In this document: positions 37,190 through 47,122 of the stretch, piece by piece
Numbering within the stretch: position 1 is the first letter of the stretch
Layout: the number at the start of each line of letters is the position of its first letter
Source of the DNA: Promethearchaeota archaeon
GTDB lineage: Archaea; Asgardarchaeota; Heimdallarchaeia; Hodarchaeales; Hodarchaeaceae
Assembly: GCA_048938105.1 (NCBI GenBank)
Contig: JBHLMN010000012.1
Coordinates: forward strand, 132,876 to 196,875
Length of the DNA: 64,000 bases
Reading direction: 5' to 3'
Notes under the pieces: generated by a model
Told to the model about the DNA's origin: nothing
The model's input: only the letters and a program-made list of their open reading frames with translations
Databases searched by the model: none
Made by a program: the position numbers and the translations under genes

Positions 37190-37897
37190 CTAAATTGAAA
37201 ATTTTGTTGTTTTGAATCTTTCTGGAACAATGACTTCTATTTCAGGTAACACTTTTTCCATAAGAACTTTGAACTGTTTAATATCTTGTTTGTTACCATG
37301 AATAGGTACTGTTATTTTTGGCTGCAAGTTCATGACCATTGCTAGTGCTACTGCTGGAGAGCATGTCGTGGCTGTACCAGTTGGAACAAATGTTATGTCA
37401 GCTGAGACGTCTTTATGTCGCCAATAACCCGAATCACCCCCATGGAAGACTTTTATTCCCCCGAGATTCACAAGGTATTGGGTTATAGGACCTACATGAA
37501 TTCCTCGAAGAGCTACTATTTCAAGATTTGCCACTCGATATGTCTTTGCAGATGATCCTGAATCAGCCACAGTAATCATATTTGGAGGAACACTTGCTTT
37601 GAGTTCTTCTGAAGTAAGAATATCTGCCACAACATGAGTTCCAGTCTGTTTGATTATTTCTAAGGCTTCTTTATTTAGATAATGGTCCCAATGATTGTGA
37701 GTGAAAAAAAGAAGATCAAGCTGTTTAAGTACTGACACCTCTGGTTTTCCTAGACTCCTACTTGGGTCAAATGCGATTGTAATGTCTTTTGATCTTAAGA
37801 TAACTCCGCTATATCCTAAAAAAATGAATACAAATTCGTTTACATCTAATCCAAGCGAATATAATGTTTTTATTGCTTCAACTTTGCTCTGTACCAC
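37190..37897 (-). CDS. MBL-fold metallo-hydrolase
   Basis: HxHxDH motif in FFTHNHWDHY, with later His/Asp ligands (FHGGDSGY, VPIHG). Confidence 0.7.
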   Translation of the reverse strand: MVQSKVEAIKTLYSLGLDVNEFVFIFLGYSGVILRSKDITIAFDPSRSLGKPEVSVLKQLDLLFFTHNHWDHYLNKEALEIIKQTGTHVVADILTSEELKASVPPNMITVADSGSSAKTYRVANLEIVALRGIHVGPITQYLVNLGGIKVFHGGDSGYWRHKDVSADITFVPTGTATTCSPAVALAMVMNLQPKITVPIHGNKQDIKQFKVLMEKVLPEIEVIVPERFKTTKFSI

Positions 37898-38060
37898 TAC
37901 TAATCCCTTGTTATTCTATAATCAATATGGCTGTAAATTTTTGTTTGACTTTATTCATAAATACCTCTATTTCTTTATGATATTTCATTTACTGAGAAAG
38001 TGGAATAATTTCAAGAAAGTAAACTTAATATCTTTAGTATTTTTCTTAGAAAACTCCCAG

Positions 38061-38903
38061 TTATTGCTTTTGGCAACTAGGACACAAATAAATTTGTCCC
38101 CCACCAAAGCTCATTTTCTCAATTCCTGTTCCGCATTCAGGGCAATTTTTTCCTTTCATGTTTGGCCCCATTGCTGGAATATATTTTCCTTTCTTGGCAT
38201 ATATATCAATAAATTGGTTTTTACCTCCAAGTTTCATTCTCTCATGAATTAAGGCCTTAATAGCTTCATATAATGCTTTTGTCTCGTCCATATTTAGCTC
38301 TGATCCTTTCCTTTTTGGAAATAGTTTTGCTCTATAGATAATGTCCTGAAATGCACTGTTTGATATACCAACCAGGATAGCATCCTTTCCAACTAGAATT
38401 CCCTTTAAATTCCTATTTAGAGCGCTTAATTCTTTAGAAAAACGTTCAAATGTGAATTCATTTTCAATTGGTGATATACCTCGTAAAAAGTCTCTTTTAT
38501 ACATGTAAGAGTTAACCAGTTCATCATTCTTAAGCGCAAGAATACATCCCATGCTTTTTATTCGCACTGTCAATGATGTATCATCACTGAATTGAATTTT
38601 CAGGTGATAATTCTTTGATATTCCTTTTTCATCCTTATGGTATAGAATTTCTCCTCCGTATTCAGGAGCAATTAGTAAATTTATGTTATTTTCTAATTCA
38701 ACATGAATCACATTCCCCCTCGCTTTGATTGATGTGATTTTTCCCTTTAATAACTGATCAAAATCTTTAATATTCTTATTCAGAAAACCGACCTTTTGCA
38801 TTCGTTCATAATTCTGTAAGTGGTAAGATTCTATTTGTTTTCCGATTAAAAGCTCTTTCATCTGGTCAGCAAGAATTAAAGCCTCTACTAGTTCAATACT
38901 CAT
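38061..38903 (-). CDS. Fpg/Nei-family DNA glycosylase-like protein with a non-canonical N-terminus
   Basis: H2TH region VGISNSAFQDIIYRAKLFPKRKGSEL and C-terminal zinc finger CPECG-x16-CPSCQK match Fpg/Nei. The N-terminus is MSIELVEA instead of MPELPEVE. Confidence 0.6.
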   Translation of the reverse strand: MSIELVEALILADQMKELLIGKQIESYHLQNYERMQKVGFLNKNIKDFDQLLKGKITSIKARGNVIHVELENNINLLIAPEYGGEILYHKDEKGISKNYHLKIQFSDDTSLTVRIKSMGCILALKNDELVNSYMYKRDFLRGISPIENEFTFERFSKELSALNRNLKGILVGKDAILVGISNSAFQDIIYRAKLFPKRKGSELNMDETKALYEAIKALIHERMKLGGKNQFIDIYAKKGKYIPAMGPNMKGKNCPECGTGIEKMSFGGGQIYLCPSCQKQ

Positions 38904-39051
38904 AATTAAATTGACCCTCTGTTAATTGAAGCTGTTCATCTTTTGCTATTGCAGCTGGACCTGCTAATTTAAATGATAAATATGTCTTTTGAAGGTATAG
39001 AATGAGAGATAATTGACTTGAAAAATATTTCTTTTAGGATGTTTTTAGGAG

Positions 39052-39708
39052 ATGCAAGTACACATAACACCTGATTTAAAAAGAGTATATCCAGAATCGT
39101 CATTCGGGAGTCTAATCGTAAGAAATATACCGAATAGGAAGATTCATGAAGCATTGGAAGAGATTAAGCGAGACTTAGAGAGAAGTATAAGAGAAGAATA
39201 TGAAGAAGTGGACAATGACAGCATGATACAGAATTACAATTCTTATTTCAAGAAGTGGAACAAAATATATCCCATAGAGTACCAGATTAAAACAATAAGA
39301 AGTGGGGGAAAGTTTCCTCAAGTTTCTGTGCTAGTTGATAGCATGTTTGTTGCAGAGCTGTTTAATAGAATTTTAACCTCAGGACATGATCTTGAAGAAA
39401 TCCACGGGGATTTAACATTCGATATCTCAAGAGAAGGGGAACGTTATCTTAAGTTAAATGGTCAGGAACAGAAATTGAAGAAGAATGATGTGGTTCTTAG
39501 AGATAACGAGGGACTACTTGCATGTATTCTGTATGGACCAGCAAGAAGAACATCTATAACGCTCAAGACCAAGGATGCTCTTTATTTCGCTTGGTGCCCC
39601 TATATGACCGATGAAGAGCTTATCATGTCTCATTTGAAGAAAATCTACGAAAATTTGAGTAGTGTGTTTGAATCTGTATTCTCTGAAAGTCAATTGATTC
39701 GATCCTAA
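39052..39708 (+). CDS. B3/B4 (PheT-like tRNA-binding) domain protein
   Basis: Stand-alone B3/4-domain pattern: FPQVSVLVDSMFVAELFNRILTSGHDLEEIHGDLTFDI and VVLRDNEGLLACILYGPARRTSIT. Confidence 0.5.
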   Translation: MQVHITPDLKRVYPESSFGSLIVRNIPNRKIHEALEEIKRDLERSIREEYEEVDNDSMIQNYNSYFKKWNKIYPIEYQIKTIRSGGKFPQVSVLVDSMFVAELFNRILTSGHDLEEIHGDLTFDISREGERYLKLNGQEQKLKKNDVVLRDNEGLLACILYGPARRTSITLKTKDALYFAWCPYMTDEELIMSHLKKIYENLSSVFESVFSESQLIRS

Positions 39709-39866
39709 TTGAACTCTTTCTGCTATGTGATTGAACGATCTTTACTGGCACTATTTCAAGTTATAATATTCCAATATAGGGCAGAAGTAACTGTCATCTA
39801 AAGCTATATAATCGAGATATTCTGTTATGACATAATAGTTACCAAAATTTTCCCAGACGGATTGAG

Positions 39867-40685
39867 ATGGAATCCTATATTGTCTGTAAATTGTGTGGGG
39901 AAAAAAATAGTACAAATTTTTCTTTTTGTAAAAAATGTGGTTCAGAACTTCCCATAACGGAAATTTTCCGCCCTTTTCCTGATCAAGAACTTCCAGATGT
40001 GCTCGATCGTGAGGAGAGAGAGTTTACTGAAATTTCTTTTAATATTGAGAAGTCAGGTTCTATTGAGGAGATCTATAGAATCACCTATCCTGATGATCGT
40101 GTTTTCATCATTGCACGAAGATCTGCTCGTAATCGAATTGGAATTTATGCTTTCTTTGGAATTACTTTTGTAGTAATTGCATTATGGGGGATATTCTATA
40201 GCTTCGTTGACTCTCCTGACTTTGGTGAAGCTTTTGTTAATTACTTGATCTCAGGTGTAATTCAAATTTTTCTCATTCTCAGTTTAATGGTAATAATTAA
40301 TTTTTATAGAGGTTTACGTCGTATTACTGTTTATAACGAAAACGAAATGGTGATTGGAAGAATTAGAGGCAATCTTTTTTTCACTCGATGGCGGGTCTCA
40401 GAATTATCGAGAATAAACAATGCAACATTTCGATTTGGTCTCTTTCGTTCAACAGGGGAAATGAAAACATCTTTTGGATCTTTCTCCGTGGATGTAACTA
40501 GAGAAACCACTTCTGTGAATGATATGAATGGTGAGCTTTGTTTTTCTGTCCGTTCTCTAGATTCTATCTATGTACGGAGGAGATTTCAGATTGATTCAAA
40601 AGCCAAATTAGATCCTTTATTGATCTGTTTAGCGTCAATCTGTATTATTGAACGGATGTTTCGACCAAAAGCTGAACCTGACTGA
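39867..40685 (+). CDS. Zinc-ribbon membrane protein, unknown function
   Basis: N-terminal CKLCG-x13-CKKCG ribbon, two central TM helices and a C-terminal beta-rich domain. Confidence 0.45.
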   Translation: MESYIVCKLCGEKNSTNFSFCKKCGSELPITEIFRPFPDQELPDVLDREEREFTEISFNIEKSGSIEEIYRITYPDDRVFIIARRSARNRIGIYAFFGITFVVIALWGIFYSFVDSPDFGEAFVNYLISGVIQIFLILSLMVIINFYRGLRRITVYNENEMVIGRIRGNLFFTRWRVSELSRINNATFRFGLFRSTGEMKTSFGSFSVDVTRETTSVNDMNGELCFSVRSLDSIYVRRRFQIDSKAKLDPLLICLASICIIERMFRPKAEPD

Positions 40686-40849
40686 TGATCTTATTTTCAA
40701 GTGGGAACTGGTAAAGGTAACAATACGAAAGTAGTTGCAGAGCAGGTTAAACCTGATGAAAAAGTTTTATCTTATCATATGAATTATAGAAAAGATTTGG
40801 AAATCTAATTTCCAGTCATCTAGAAAGTCTAAAGCACTACACTCATCTT

Positions 40850-41686
40850 TCATTCTATTAATGGAAAAATCTCGTATAATTCTTTTGCTCTTGCGATATT
40901 ATTTAATATATCAGTCTTATTGGGGGGTGTTGTTTCTTCTTTTGCTGCAATTCGTGTTAACCGCTTATGTAATTCGTCTGGGTCGCTTTTTGCTAGTTTC
41001 TCTACTCCCGTTATACCTGCTTCATGATATTTCATTGCTAATATTTTTCCAATATACATTAATCGCATTAAATCAGCATATTCTACTAGTGTTTGCAGAG
41101 TTTCTGAATCTATCCCTATTTTTTGAGTTAATGTCTCTCTTGCTTCTCTAGAAGCAGTTCTGTCCAATAAATTCCATGTATTTTTTATATTCACGTTTTT
41201 TAGTTTTTCTATCAAGTTATCATCAATTATATGGTCTGGTAATTTTTTGAATGAATGCTTCTGTGGATGAAGGGATCGTATTTTACGCATAAATCCTAAT
41301 AATTGCCTAGAAGAATCTTCATGGCGTTCTAGTATTGGTTGAACTTTCTTTCGAGTCCTTACAACTTGTAATATTTGAGTTGTATTGATTAATCCTTCCC
41401 TCTGCAAAATACGTAAGATTTCATTCAAATGAGGGGTAAAAAGTTGATATTCTTCTCTTCTCATTCGTTGAAACATCGCATTTAGGTCTTCAAGGGTGTA
41501 TTCTACTTCAGAATGGAATTTTTTACGCAATAGACAACACTCAGTGAAAAATTGGAATTCATTACCAAAAAATCTGTGAGATTGGAATACAGTCTCATTC
41601 CTCAATCTTAAGTTTTTTAAAGGGATGTTAGAAATATATAACATAATGTTAGAAATAATTAACAAATCATCCTGGTGAACATACAA
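40850..41686 (-). CDS. Hypothetical protein with a C-terminal helix-hairpin-helix (DUF4332-like) region
   Basis: LVEYADLMRLMYIGKILAMKYHEAGITGVEKLAKSDPDEL. The annotated start overlaps the divergent ABC gene start, so the true start is probably internal. Confidence 0.4.
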   Translation of the reverse strand: MYVHQDDLLIISNIMLYISNIPLKNLRLRNETVFQSHRFFGNEFQFFTECCLLRKKFHSEVEYTLEDLNAMFQRMRREEYQLFTPHLNEILRILQREGLINTTQILQVVRTRKKVQPILERHEDSSRQLLGFMRKIRSLHPQKHSFKKLPDHIIDDNLIEKLKNVNIKNTWNLLDRTASREARETLTQKIGIDSETLQTLVEYADLMRLMYIGKILAMKYHEAGITGVEKLAKSDPDELHKRLTRIAAKEETTPPNKTDILNNIARAKELYEIFPLIE

Positions 41687-42412
41687 TTGATTGAAGCCAT
41701 TGACCTCACTCGAAAATATAATGGTTTCACTGCTCTAAAAGATATCAACTTTCATGTTGGAGTCGGTGAAGTTTTTGCCTATCTAGGCCCTAATGGTGCT
41801 GGTAAAACTACTACTGTAAATATATTTGTTACATTGTTAACACCTACATATGGTAAGGCGACTGTTGCAGGCTATAATGTTGCGACAGAGGGAGAAAAGA
41901 TTAGGCCATTGATAGGTTATGTCCCCGAGGATTTCGGTCTTTATCCTAGTTTAACAATTAGTGAAAATCTCGATTTTACTGGACGTTTGTATAAAATCAC
42001 TAAAGCTAAAAGGAAAGGGACAATTGAGGAATTAATCGATTTTTTCGACCTTTGGGAAAAAAAAGACACTCCTATTTCAACTCTCTCAAAAGGTACGAAA
42101 CAAAAAGTAAATCTAGCTAGAGCCTTAATGCATAATCCAAAGATTCTCTTTTTAGATGAACCTACATCAGGCCTTGATCCTCTCATGGCAAAGGAAGTCC
42201 TAAATTTAATCCGTAAACTAAAAAAAGAGAATAGAACTATATTAATGACGACTCATCTTTTGAATCGGGCAGAAAAAGTCTGTGATTCGGTCGCGCTCAT
42301 TTCTAAAGGTGAGATTCTCTGTGAGGGGAAAATTCCCCAAGTCAAAAGTAAATTAAAAACCTCTTCACTAGAAGATGTATATTTCGCAATAGTAGGTGAG
42401 AATCATGATTGA
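41675..42412 (+). CDS. ABC transporter ATP-binding protein (ABC-2 type)
   Basis: Walker A GPNGAGKTTT, signature LSKGTKQKVNLARAL, Walker B ILFLDEPTSGLD. GTG start. Confidence 0.9.
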   Translation: MNIQLIEAIDLTRKYNGFTALKDINFHVGVGEVFAYLGPNGAGKTTTVNIFVTLLTPTYGKATVAGYNVATEGEKIRPLIGYVPEDFGLYPSLTISENLDFTGRLYKITKAKRKGTIEELIDFFDLWEKKDTPISTLSKGTKQKVNLARALMHNPKILFLDEPTSGLDPLMAKEVLNLIRKLKKENRTILMTTHLLNRAEKVCDSVALISKGEILCEGKIPQVKSKLKTSSLEDVYFAIVGENHD

Positions 42413-43088
42413 TATGGCAGTAACAATTTGTAAGAAGGAATTAAAAATCCGTTTCGGGTCAAAACGAGTTCTTCTACCAATGTTGTTCTCGATTGGACTA
42501 CCAATGTTAGTATTTCTCCCTAGATTACAAGAATCTTTTTCTCAAATTGGACCTGAGAGTGAATATTTCCGCTTTTTATTCTTCTTGATCCTTCCTGTTA
42601 TGGTGACGACTCTAGTTGGTATCAATACCTTCATCAATGAAATAAGGTGGAAAACAATTAAACCTCTGCTTGTGGCTCCAATCTCTGAGGAAGAGATTTT
42701 TTTAGGGAAAAGTATGGCTTGTATCGTTGTAGGATTAGTTACAGAAGCGTTATTGTCAGGGGTGATTCTTTTCTCTCTAAACTCGGTAGATGAATCAGTA
42801 ATCTTTTTGTTAATCGCAATTGGGCCTCTTTCAGTGATTTTTACTACTTTCATTTTCACAATCGGAACATCAAGGTTTCCTGCGATTGCAGAAGGAGGTG
42901 GAGCTATCTTGATGCCTATGGGCGGATTATTAATTATTTTTATAATATTTTTATTACTAGGGTTTTTTCATATAAGTACAATCTATGTTTATACCATTTT
43001 AACATTGATCCTAGCAACCTTTGTCGTCGTGGGCTATTTTTTAGCAAAGAGATGGTTTAGTCGGGAGCTATTAGTTCTTAGTGTATAA
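42396..43088 (+). CDS. ABC-2 type transporter permease
   Basis: 230-aa polytopic protein overlapping the ATPase gene end. Confidence 0.6.
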   Translation: MRIMIDMAVTICKKELKIRFGSKRVLLPMLFSIGLPMLVFLPRLQESFSQIGPESEYFRFLFFLILPVMVTTLVGINTFINEIRWKTIKPLLVAPISEEEIFLGKSMACIVVGLVTEALLSGVILFSLNSVDESVIFLLIAIGPLSVIFTTFIFTIGTSRFPAIAEGGGAILMPMGGLLIIFIIFLLLGFFHISTIYVYTILTLILATFVVVGYFLAKRWFSRELLVLSV

Positions 43089-43100
43089 GAGGTTGAAAAT

Positions 43101-43520
43101 ATGTCAATGAAAGCTCAAAAGCAAAAATCGTTTCGTTTAATAGTTCCTGCATTGATAGGGATCACTATTATTTCGATAGCTGTCTTAGGGATTTTTACAC
43201 AAGATGATATATTTTATCAGTTGTTGAGTGGTTTTCTTGTCATTCCTGGTGCGATAATCCTACTCTATTCGTTAAGGGAGTTCAAAAATCGACTACTAGG
43301 AAAAGCTATTATCAAACACGATGAGAGATCTGAACGAAACAGATTAAAAGCCGCTGATTTAGGATTTAGATTTCTTCTTGTCTCTCTACTGATCTTGATT
43401 CTTCTTGATGCTATGAATGTGATTAATGAAATTATCTTTATTGCTGTGACGGGGCCTATAATTGCTGTCGGAGTTACACTGTATTATATTGGTTATTATT
43501 GGTTCGAACAGAGAGGCTGA
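43101..43520 (+). CDS. Small 4-TM membrane protein (DUF2178-like)
   Basis: The size, topology and pairing with a downstream short XRE-type HTH gene are typical of DUF2178 modules. Confidence 0.4.
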   Translation: MSMKAQKQKSFRLIVPALIGITIISIAVLGIFTQDDIFYQLLSGFLVIPGAIILLYSLREFKNRLLGKAIIKHDERSERNRLKAADLGFRFLLVSLLILILLDAMNVINEIIFIAVTGPIIAVGVTLYYIGYYWFEQRG

Positions 43521-43531
43521 GAGGAACTCTC

Positions 43532-43732
43532 ATGAAAACACGAATTAAAGAGTATAGAGCACGTGATGATTTAACTCAGAAGGAACTCGCTGACAAAGTA
43601 GGTGTGAGAAGAGAAACTATTGTGTTTCTAGAGAAAGGAAAATATAATCCTTCTCTTAAACTCGCATATAAAATTGCAAAGGTTTTTAATGCGTCAATTG
43701 AGACTTTATTTGTCTTTGAAAACGAAGAATGA
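43532..43732 (+). CDS. XRE/Cro-C1 type helix-turn-helix transcriptional regulator
   Basis: [53 protein letters not shown] prefer the ATG at 43532 to the TTG at 43499 used in the track. Confidence 0.8.
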   Translation: MKTRIKEYRARDDLTQKELADKVGVRRETIVFLEKGKYNPSLKLAYKIAKVFNASIETLFVFENEE

Positions 43733-43894
43733 GGTTTATATTCAGAAAGGAATTTAACAGTTTTCAGATCTTTCTTCTTTAGATTGAAACAAAATCCAAG
43801 AATCTTAAATATCTTTGGAAGGTTCTTGCATGCATCTAAAGGATTTTTATTGACACCCAACAGACATTTTCTAAAAGACTGAGATGATGTATCT

Positions 43895-44359
43895 TTGGTC
43901 GGAGATGTCGGTAATAAAAAGGAAAATGTAGATGCAGCTAGAACTAAATTTCAAACCTTTTTCATTTCAACTGGATTATCGTGTCTCATCATATGTATTC
44001 TTCTTTTAATTAGTACCGTTTTCATGCGGAATTTCAATGAATTCTTTATTACTACTTTAATGAGTGCAATTTTGTTTGGTTTTGCATTGTTTTTTGAATG
44101 GCATGGTTATTATCTTCTCCCCAAAGGTTCTGACGTGAAACGTGCCTTTTTTGGCAATCCTCTTTTATTTCAGGTTATAAGAATAATTTACTCTGTCCCC
44201 TATCTCCTATTATGCTATAATGGGTTGATTATCGCTGGTGGGTTCAATATCAATCTCTTTATCGTATTTTTTCTCTTATTTTTCCCCTATGTTATTAGTA
44301 GAGCTACTTGGAGATGGACACGGTTACAAAATTGGCTAAGAAGTCTTGATACGTTTTAA
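43895..44359 (+). CDS. Small membrane protein, hypothetical
   Basis: 154 aa, four hydrophobic helices, non-ATG start in the track. Confidence 0.35.
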   Translation: MVGDVGNKKENVDAARTKFQTFFISTGLSCLIICILLLISTVFMRNFNEFFITTLMSAILFGFALFFEWHGYYLLPKGSDVKRAFFGNPLLFQVIRIIYSVPYLLLCYNGLIIAGGFNINLFIVFFLLFFPYVISRATWRWTRLQNWLRSLDTF

Positions 44360-44464
44360 TTACAGATTTAATAAAGTTGATATGCTCTGATCCAATCTTC
44401 TAAATTACGAAACGAACATCAAAACATTAATGAACAATTGTTAACTAAATTAATTTGAAGAAAA

Positions 44465-45550
44465 ATGAAATACTCCTATAAAATTCTAAGTATAAATGGT
44501 ATAGACCTAGAATTGCACATTACATTCATTGGCCTATTTGTATTATTGTTTATATTTACTTTTCCCCAAATCTACGCCATTGTACTCTTTGGTTTACTCT
44601 TTTTATCAGTAACAATTCATGAATTAGCTCATTCACTTCTCGCTAAACGAAATTCCTTAACCGTCAATAGAATTGTCCTTTACCCAATCGGGGGAGCAGC
44701 ACAGATTGAGGATATTCCCGATGACCCCTCTGTTGAATGGAAAGTTGCAGCAATAGGTCCTCTTTCTAGTCTTGTTATTGGTGTCTTTTTTCTTTTGATT
44801 CACTTTTTATACCCAATTCAGTTGTCTGTAACGCCGTTTTTCATTGGAACTGGATTTATTTTTCTTGACATTGGATTTCTTAACATTATCTTAGCCATTT
44901 TTAATTTAATTCCCGCCTTTCCAATGGATGGTGGACGTGTACTTAGAGCTACTCTTACTATCTGGAAAAAAGATTTAATCGAGGCAACTCAAACCGCTGT
45001 TAGTATTGGGCGATTTTTTGCATTAATAATGTTACTCGTTGGATTGTTTAGCAACTTATGGCTTGTAATCATTGGATTTTTCATTTATTGGGGTGCTGCT
45101 CAAGAATTAGAAGCTACAAAACTATCAGCCCTCCTCAAACCTTTGCGTGTTGGAGATGTAATGCTTTCATTCGACAATAACATGACCGTGGCTCCTACAG
45201 TCCCATTAAATGAGGCGTTGGAAGTGATGTTCAATGCCAGAATCAGCGATCTTGTTGTTTGCAATGAAGGTGAACTTTTAGGGGTCATCACATGGGATGA
45301 TATTATTAAAATACCTCCTGAATCCAGATCAAATGCAATTGTTGCTGATTTCATGATTAAACCATTGTCCATCAGTCCTGATCGGTCAGTTTTTGATGCT
45401 TATAAGTTAATGGCAAAGAAAAAGGTACAATTAATCCCTGTTCTTGATAGTAACGCTCCTTGTAGTATTATGGGAGTGATTACTAATCAATCTATTGCCT
45501 ATGGAATTGCATTGGCCCAATCTTTTCAAAATCAGGCCCTAGGGTACTGA
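44465..45550 (+). CDS. Site-2 protease (peptidase M50) family protein with tandem CBS domains
   Basis: HELAHSLLA (HExxH), NLIPAFPMDGGRVL, and a C-terminal CBS pair (VGDVM...ISDLVVCNEGELLGVIT; VADFM...VQLIPVLD). Confidence 0.8.
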   Translation: MKYSYKILSINGIDLELHITFIGLFVLLFIFTFPQIYAIVLFGLLFLSVTIHELAHSLLAKRNSLTVNRIVLYPIGGAAQIEDIPDDPSVEWKVAAIGPLSSLVIGVFFLLIHFLYPIQLSVTPFFIGTGFIFLDIGFLNIILAIFNLIPAFPMDGGRVLRATLTIWKKDLIEATQTAVSIGRFFALIMLLVGLFSNLWLVIIGFFIYWGAAQELEATKLSALLKPLRVGDVMLSFDNNMTVAPTVPLNEALEVMFNARISDLVVCNEGELLGVITWDDIIKIPPESRSNAIVADFMIKPLSISPDRSVFDAYKLMAKKKVQLIPVLDSNAPCSIMGVITNQSIAYGIALAQSFQNQALGY

Positions 45551-45654
45551 TCATTCATTCTCTTCTTTTTTAATCCTCTATGCGGATAAGTAAGATTTTA
45601 AGTGAAAAAATACTCTAGTAAAAATTAACTAAAGAAAAATGGAAGTTAAATTAG

Positions 45655-46053
45655 ATGACAGATTACGAAATCAGCGTTGTTTTGAAAGAAAACTTTGACA
45701 CAGTAGTTATAAAAACTATTGAAGCCTTAAAAAAGGAAGGTTTTGGAGTTCTAACGGAAATTGACGTGAAAAAGACCCTTAAAGAAAAACTAAATGTTGA
45801 ATTCGAACGTTATGTGATTTTAGGGGCCTGCAATCCCCCATTTTCTAAAAGAGTTCTTGATATTGAACGAGAAATTGGGCTTCTCTTACCTTGTAACATC
45901 ATTGTTCAGGAATTGCAGAAGAAAAAAACAACAAAAGTTGCTGCAATAGATCCAGAACGAATGTTCAAGATGATTGGGAATCCTCAAATGGAACCTATTG
46001 CTAAAGAAGTGAAAACTAAACTTCAGCGGGTCATTAGCTCATTAATTGAATAA
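45655..46053 (+). CDS. DUF302 domain protein
   Basis: EGFGVLTEIDVKKTLKEKLNVEFERYVILGACNPPF...LLLPCNIIV is the characteristic DUF302 pattern. Confidence 0.55.
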   Translation: MTDYEISVVLKENFDTVVIKTIEALKKEGFGVLTEIDVKKTLKEKLNVEFERYVILGACNPPFSKRVLDIEREIGLLLPCNIIVQELQKKKTTKVAAIDPERMFKMIGNPQMEPIAKEVKTKLQRVISSLIE

Positions 46054-46101
46054 TTAACCTTTTGTTTATCTGATCTCTTTATTTTTTCTATTTTTTATTA
46101 T

Positions 46102-46114
46102 CCCGACAAGAATC
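46102..46114 (+). promoter_or_regulatory. CCGACAA-ATCT box, distal copy upstream of small GTPase A
   Basis: cccgacaagaatc, 247 bp upstream of the proximal copy. Confidence 0.3.
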
Positions 46115-46348
46115 TATTCGTTAAAAAAGGTTTAGCCTCGTTAATGTGGTTTTACTGGACTTATAGAAATAAATGACATTATTTCTCAACATTAGCTATT
46201 TCTATATCAAATCAATTATGTCACTTGTTGGTGGAATATGTCACATTTAAATATCATACTTCTTTATTAAATAGTGTGTTTGATGATTATTTGTTGGTAA
46301 TACCAATATAAACTGGGAAGAATTAAGAATTTCTTCTTCCTATTTTCT

Positions 46349-46376
46349 CCCGACAAAATCTAATGTTCTAAATAGA
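46349..46376 (+). promoter_or_regulatory. CCGACAA-ATCT box, proximal copy upstream of small GTPase A
   Basis: cccgacaaaatctaatgttctaaatag ends 12 nt before the ATG at 46388. It shares CCCGACAAA..ATCT..TGTTCTA with the block at 26423. Confidence 0.4.
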
Positions 46377-46387
46377 GAGATTAAAAA

Positions 46388-46969
46388 ATGACGGTATTTA
46401 AGATAGCATTAATTGGTGATGGTGGGGTTGGTAAAACATCGATCCGTGAGCGCTATTTAGGGAATGGATTTAAGACGCAATATCTTCTGACTGTTGGCGC
46501 TGATTTTGCCATGCGGGATGATCATATTAATGGATATCAAGTCCGATACCAAATATGGGACTTAGCTGGGCAACAACGCTTCGATGGTGTCAGAGAAGCC
46601 TATTACACTGGCTGTGTTGGAGCTTTATTAGTGTATGATGTCTCCCGTCCCGATTCGTTCTTCAACATGCCTAAATGGATTAATGAGCTATGGACAAATA
46701 ATGGTCGAGGCCGTGTCCCTATTGTTGTCGTGGCTAATAAGATCGATTTGTGTGATACTTTAGATAACACCGTCTCTCCTCTTCAGGGCCGAACTTTTAC
46801 AAAAAATCTTAGTAATCTCACTGAACCTGATGGTTTTATGTGCCATTTTATTGAGACTTCCGCTAAGACTGGGATAAATGTACCTCAAGCTTTTTCTGTT
46901 CTTGGTGTAAATATTCTGAAATTCATAGAAAATCACCGAATGACTCCATTATTGACATTGTATTCATAA
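46388..46969 (+). CDS. Ras-superfamily small GTPase, Rab/Ras-like (paralog A)
   Basis: G1 GDGGVGKT, switch I TVGADF, G3 WDLAGQQRF, G4 NKID, G5 ETSAK. No C-terminal Cys. Confidence 0.85.
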   Translation: MTVFKIALIGDGGVGKTSIRERYLGNGFKTQYLLTVGADFAMRDDHINGYQVRYQIWDLAGQQRFDGVREAYYTGCVGALLVYDVSRPDSFFNMPKWINELWTNNGRGRVPIVVVANKIDLCDTLDNTVSPLQGRTFTKNLSNLTEPDGFMCHFIETSAKTGINVPQAFSVLGVNILKFIENHRMTPLLTLYS

Positions 46970-47122
46970 AAGTCGGAATACATTTGTTAGAATAAAAATA
47001 TTAGGGCACAAAAACACATTTGCTTCATTCGTGACAGAGTAACATTCATTCTTGTGACTAGAAAAAACTCTTTATGAGTTTGAATTGAGTCTTTTCAAAT
47101 ATCATATCCCTTCAAAGGGAAG

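Noticed and set aside
37701-38252. 183-aa plus-strand ORF spanning the MBL hydrolase / Fpg-like gene junction.
   Set aside because: It overlaps two well-supported minus-strand genes and the translation has no recognisable features. It is a shadow ORF.
41675-41686. 12-nt overlap of the divergent start codons of ORFs 40850..41686 (minus) and 41675..42412 (plus).
   Set aside because: It is most likely an artefact of longest-ORF start calling. Internal Met codons are available in the minus-strand ORF, so it is not evidence of an unusual arrangement.
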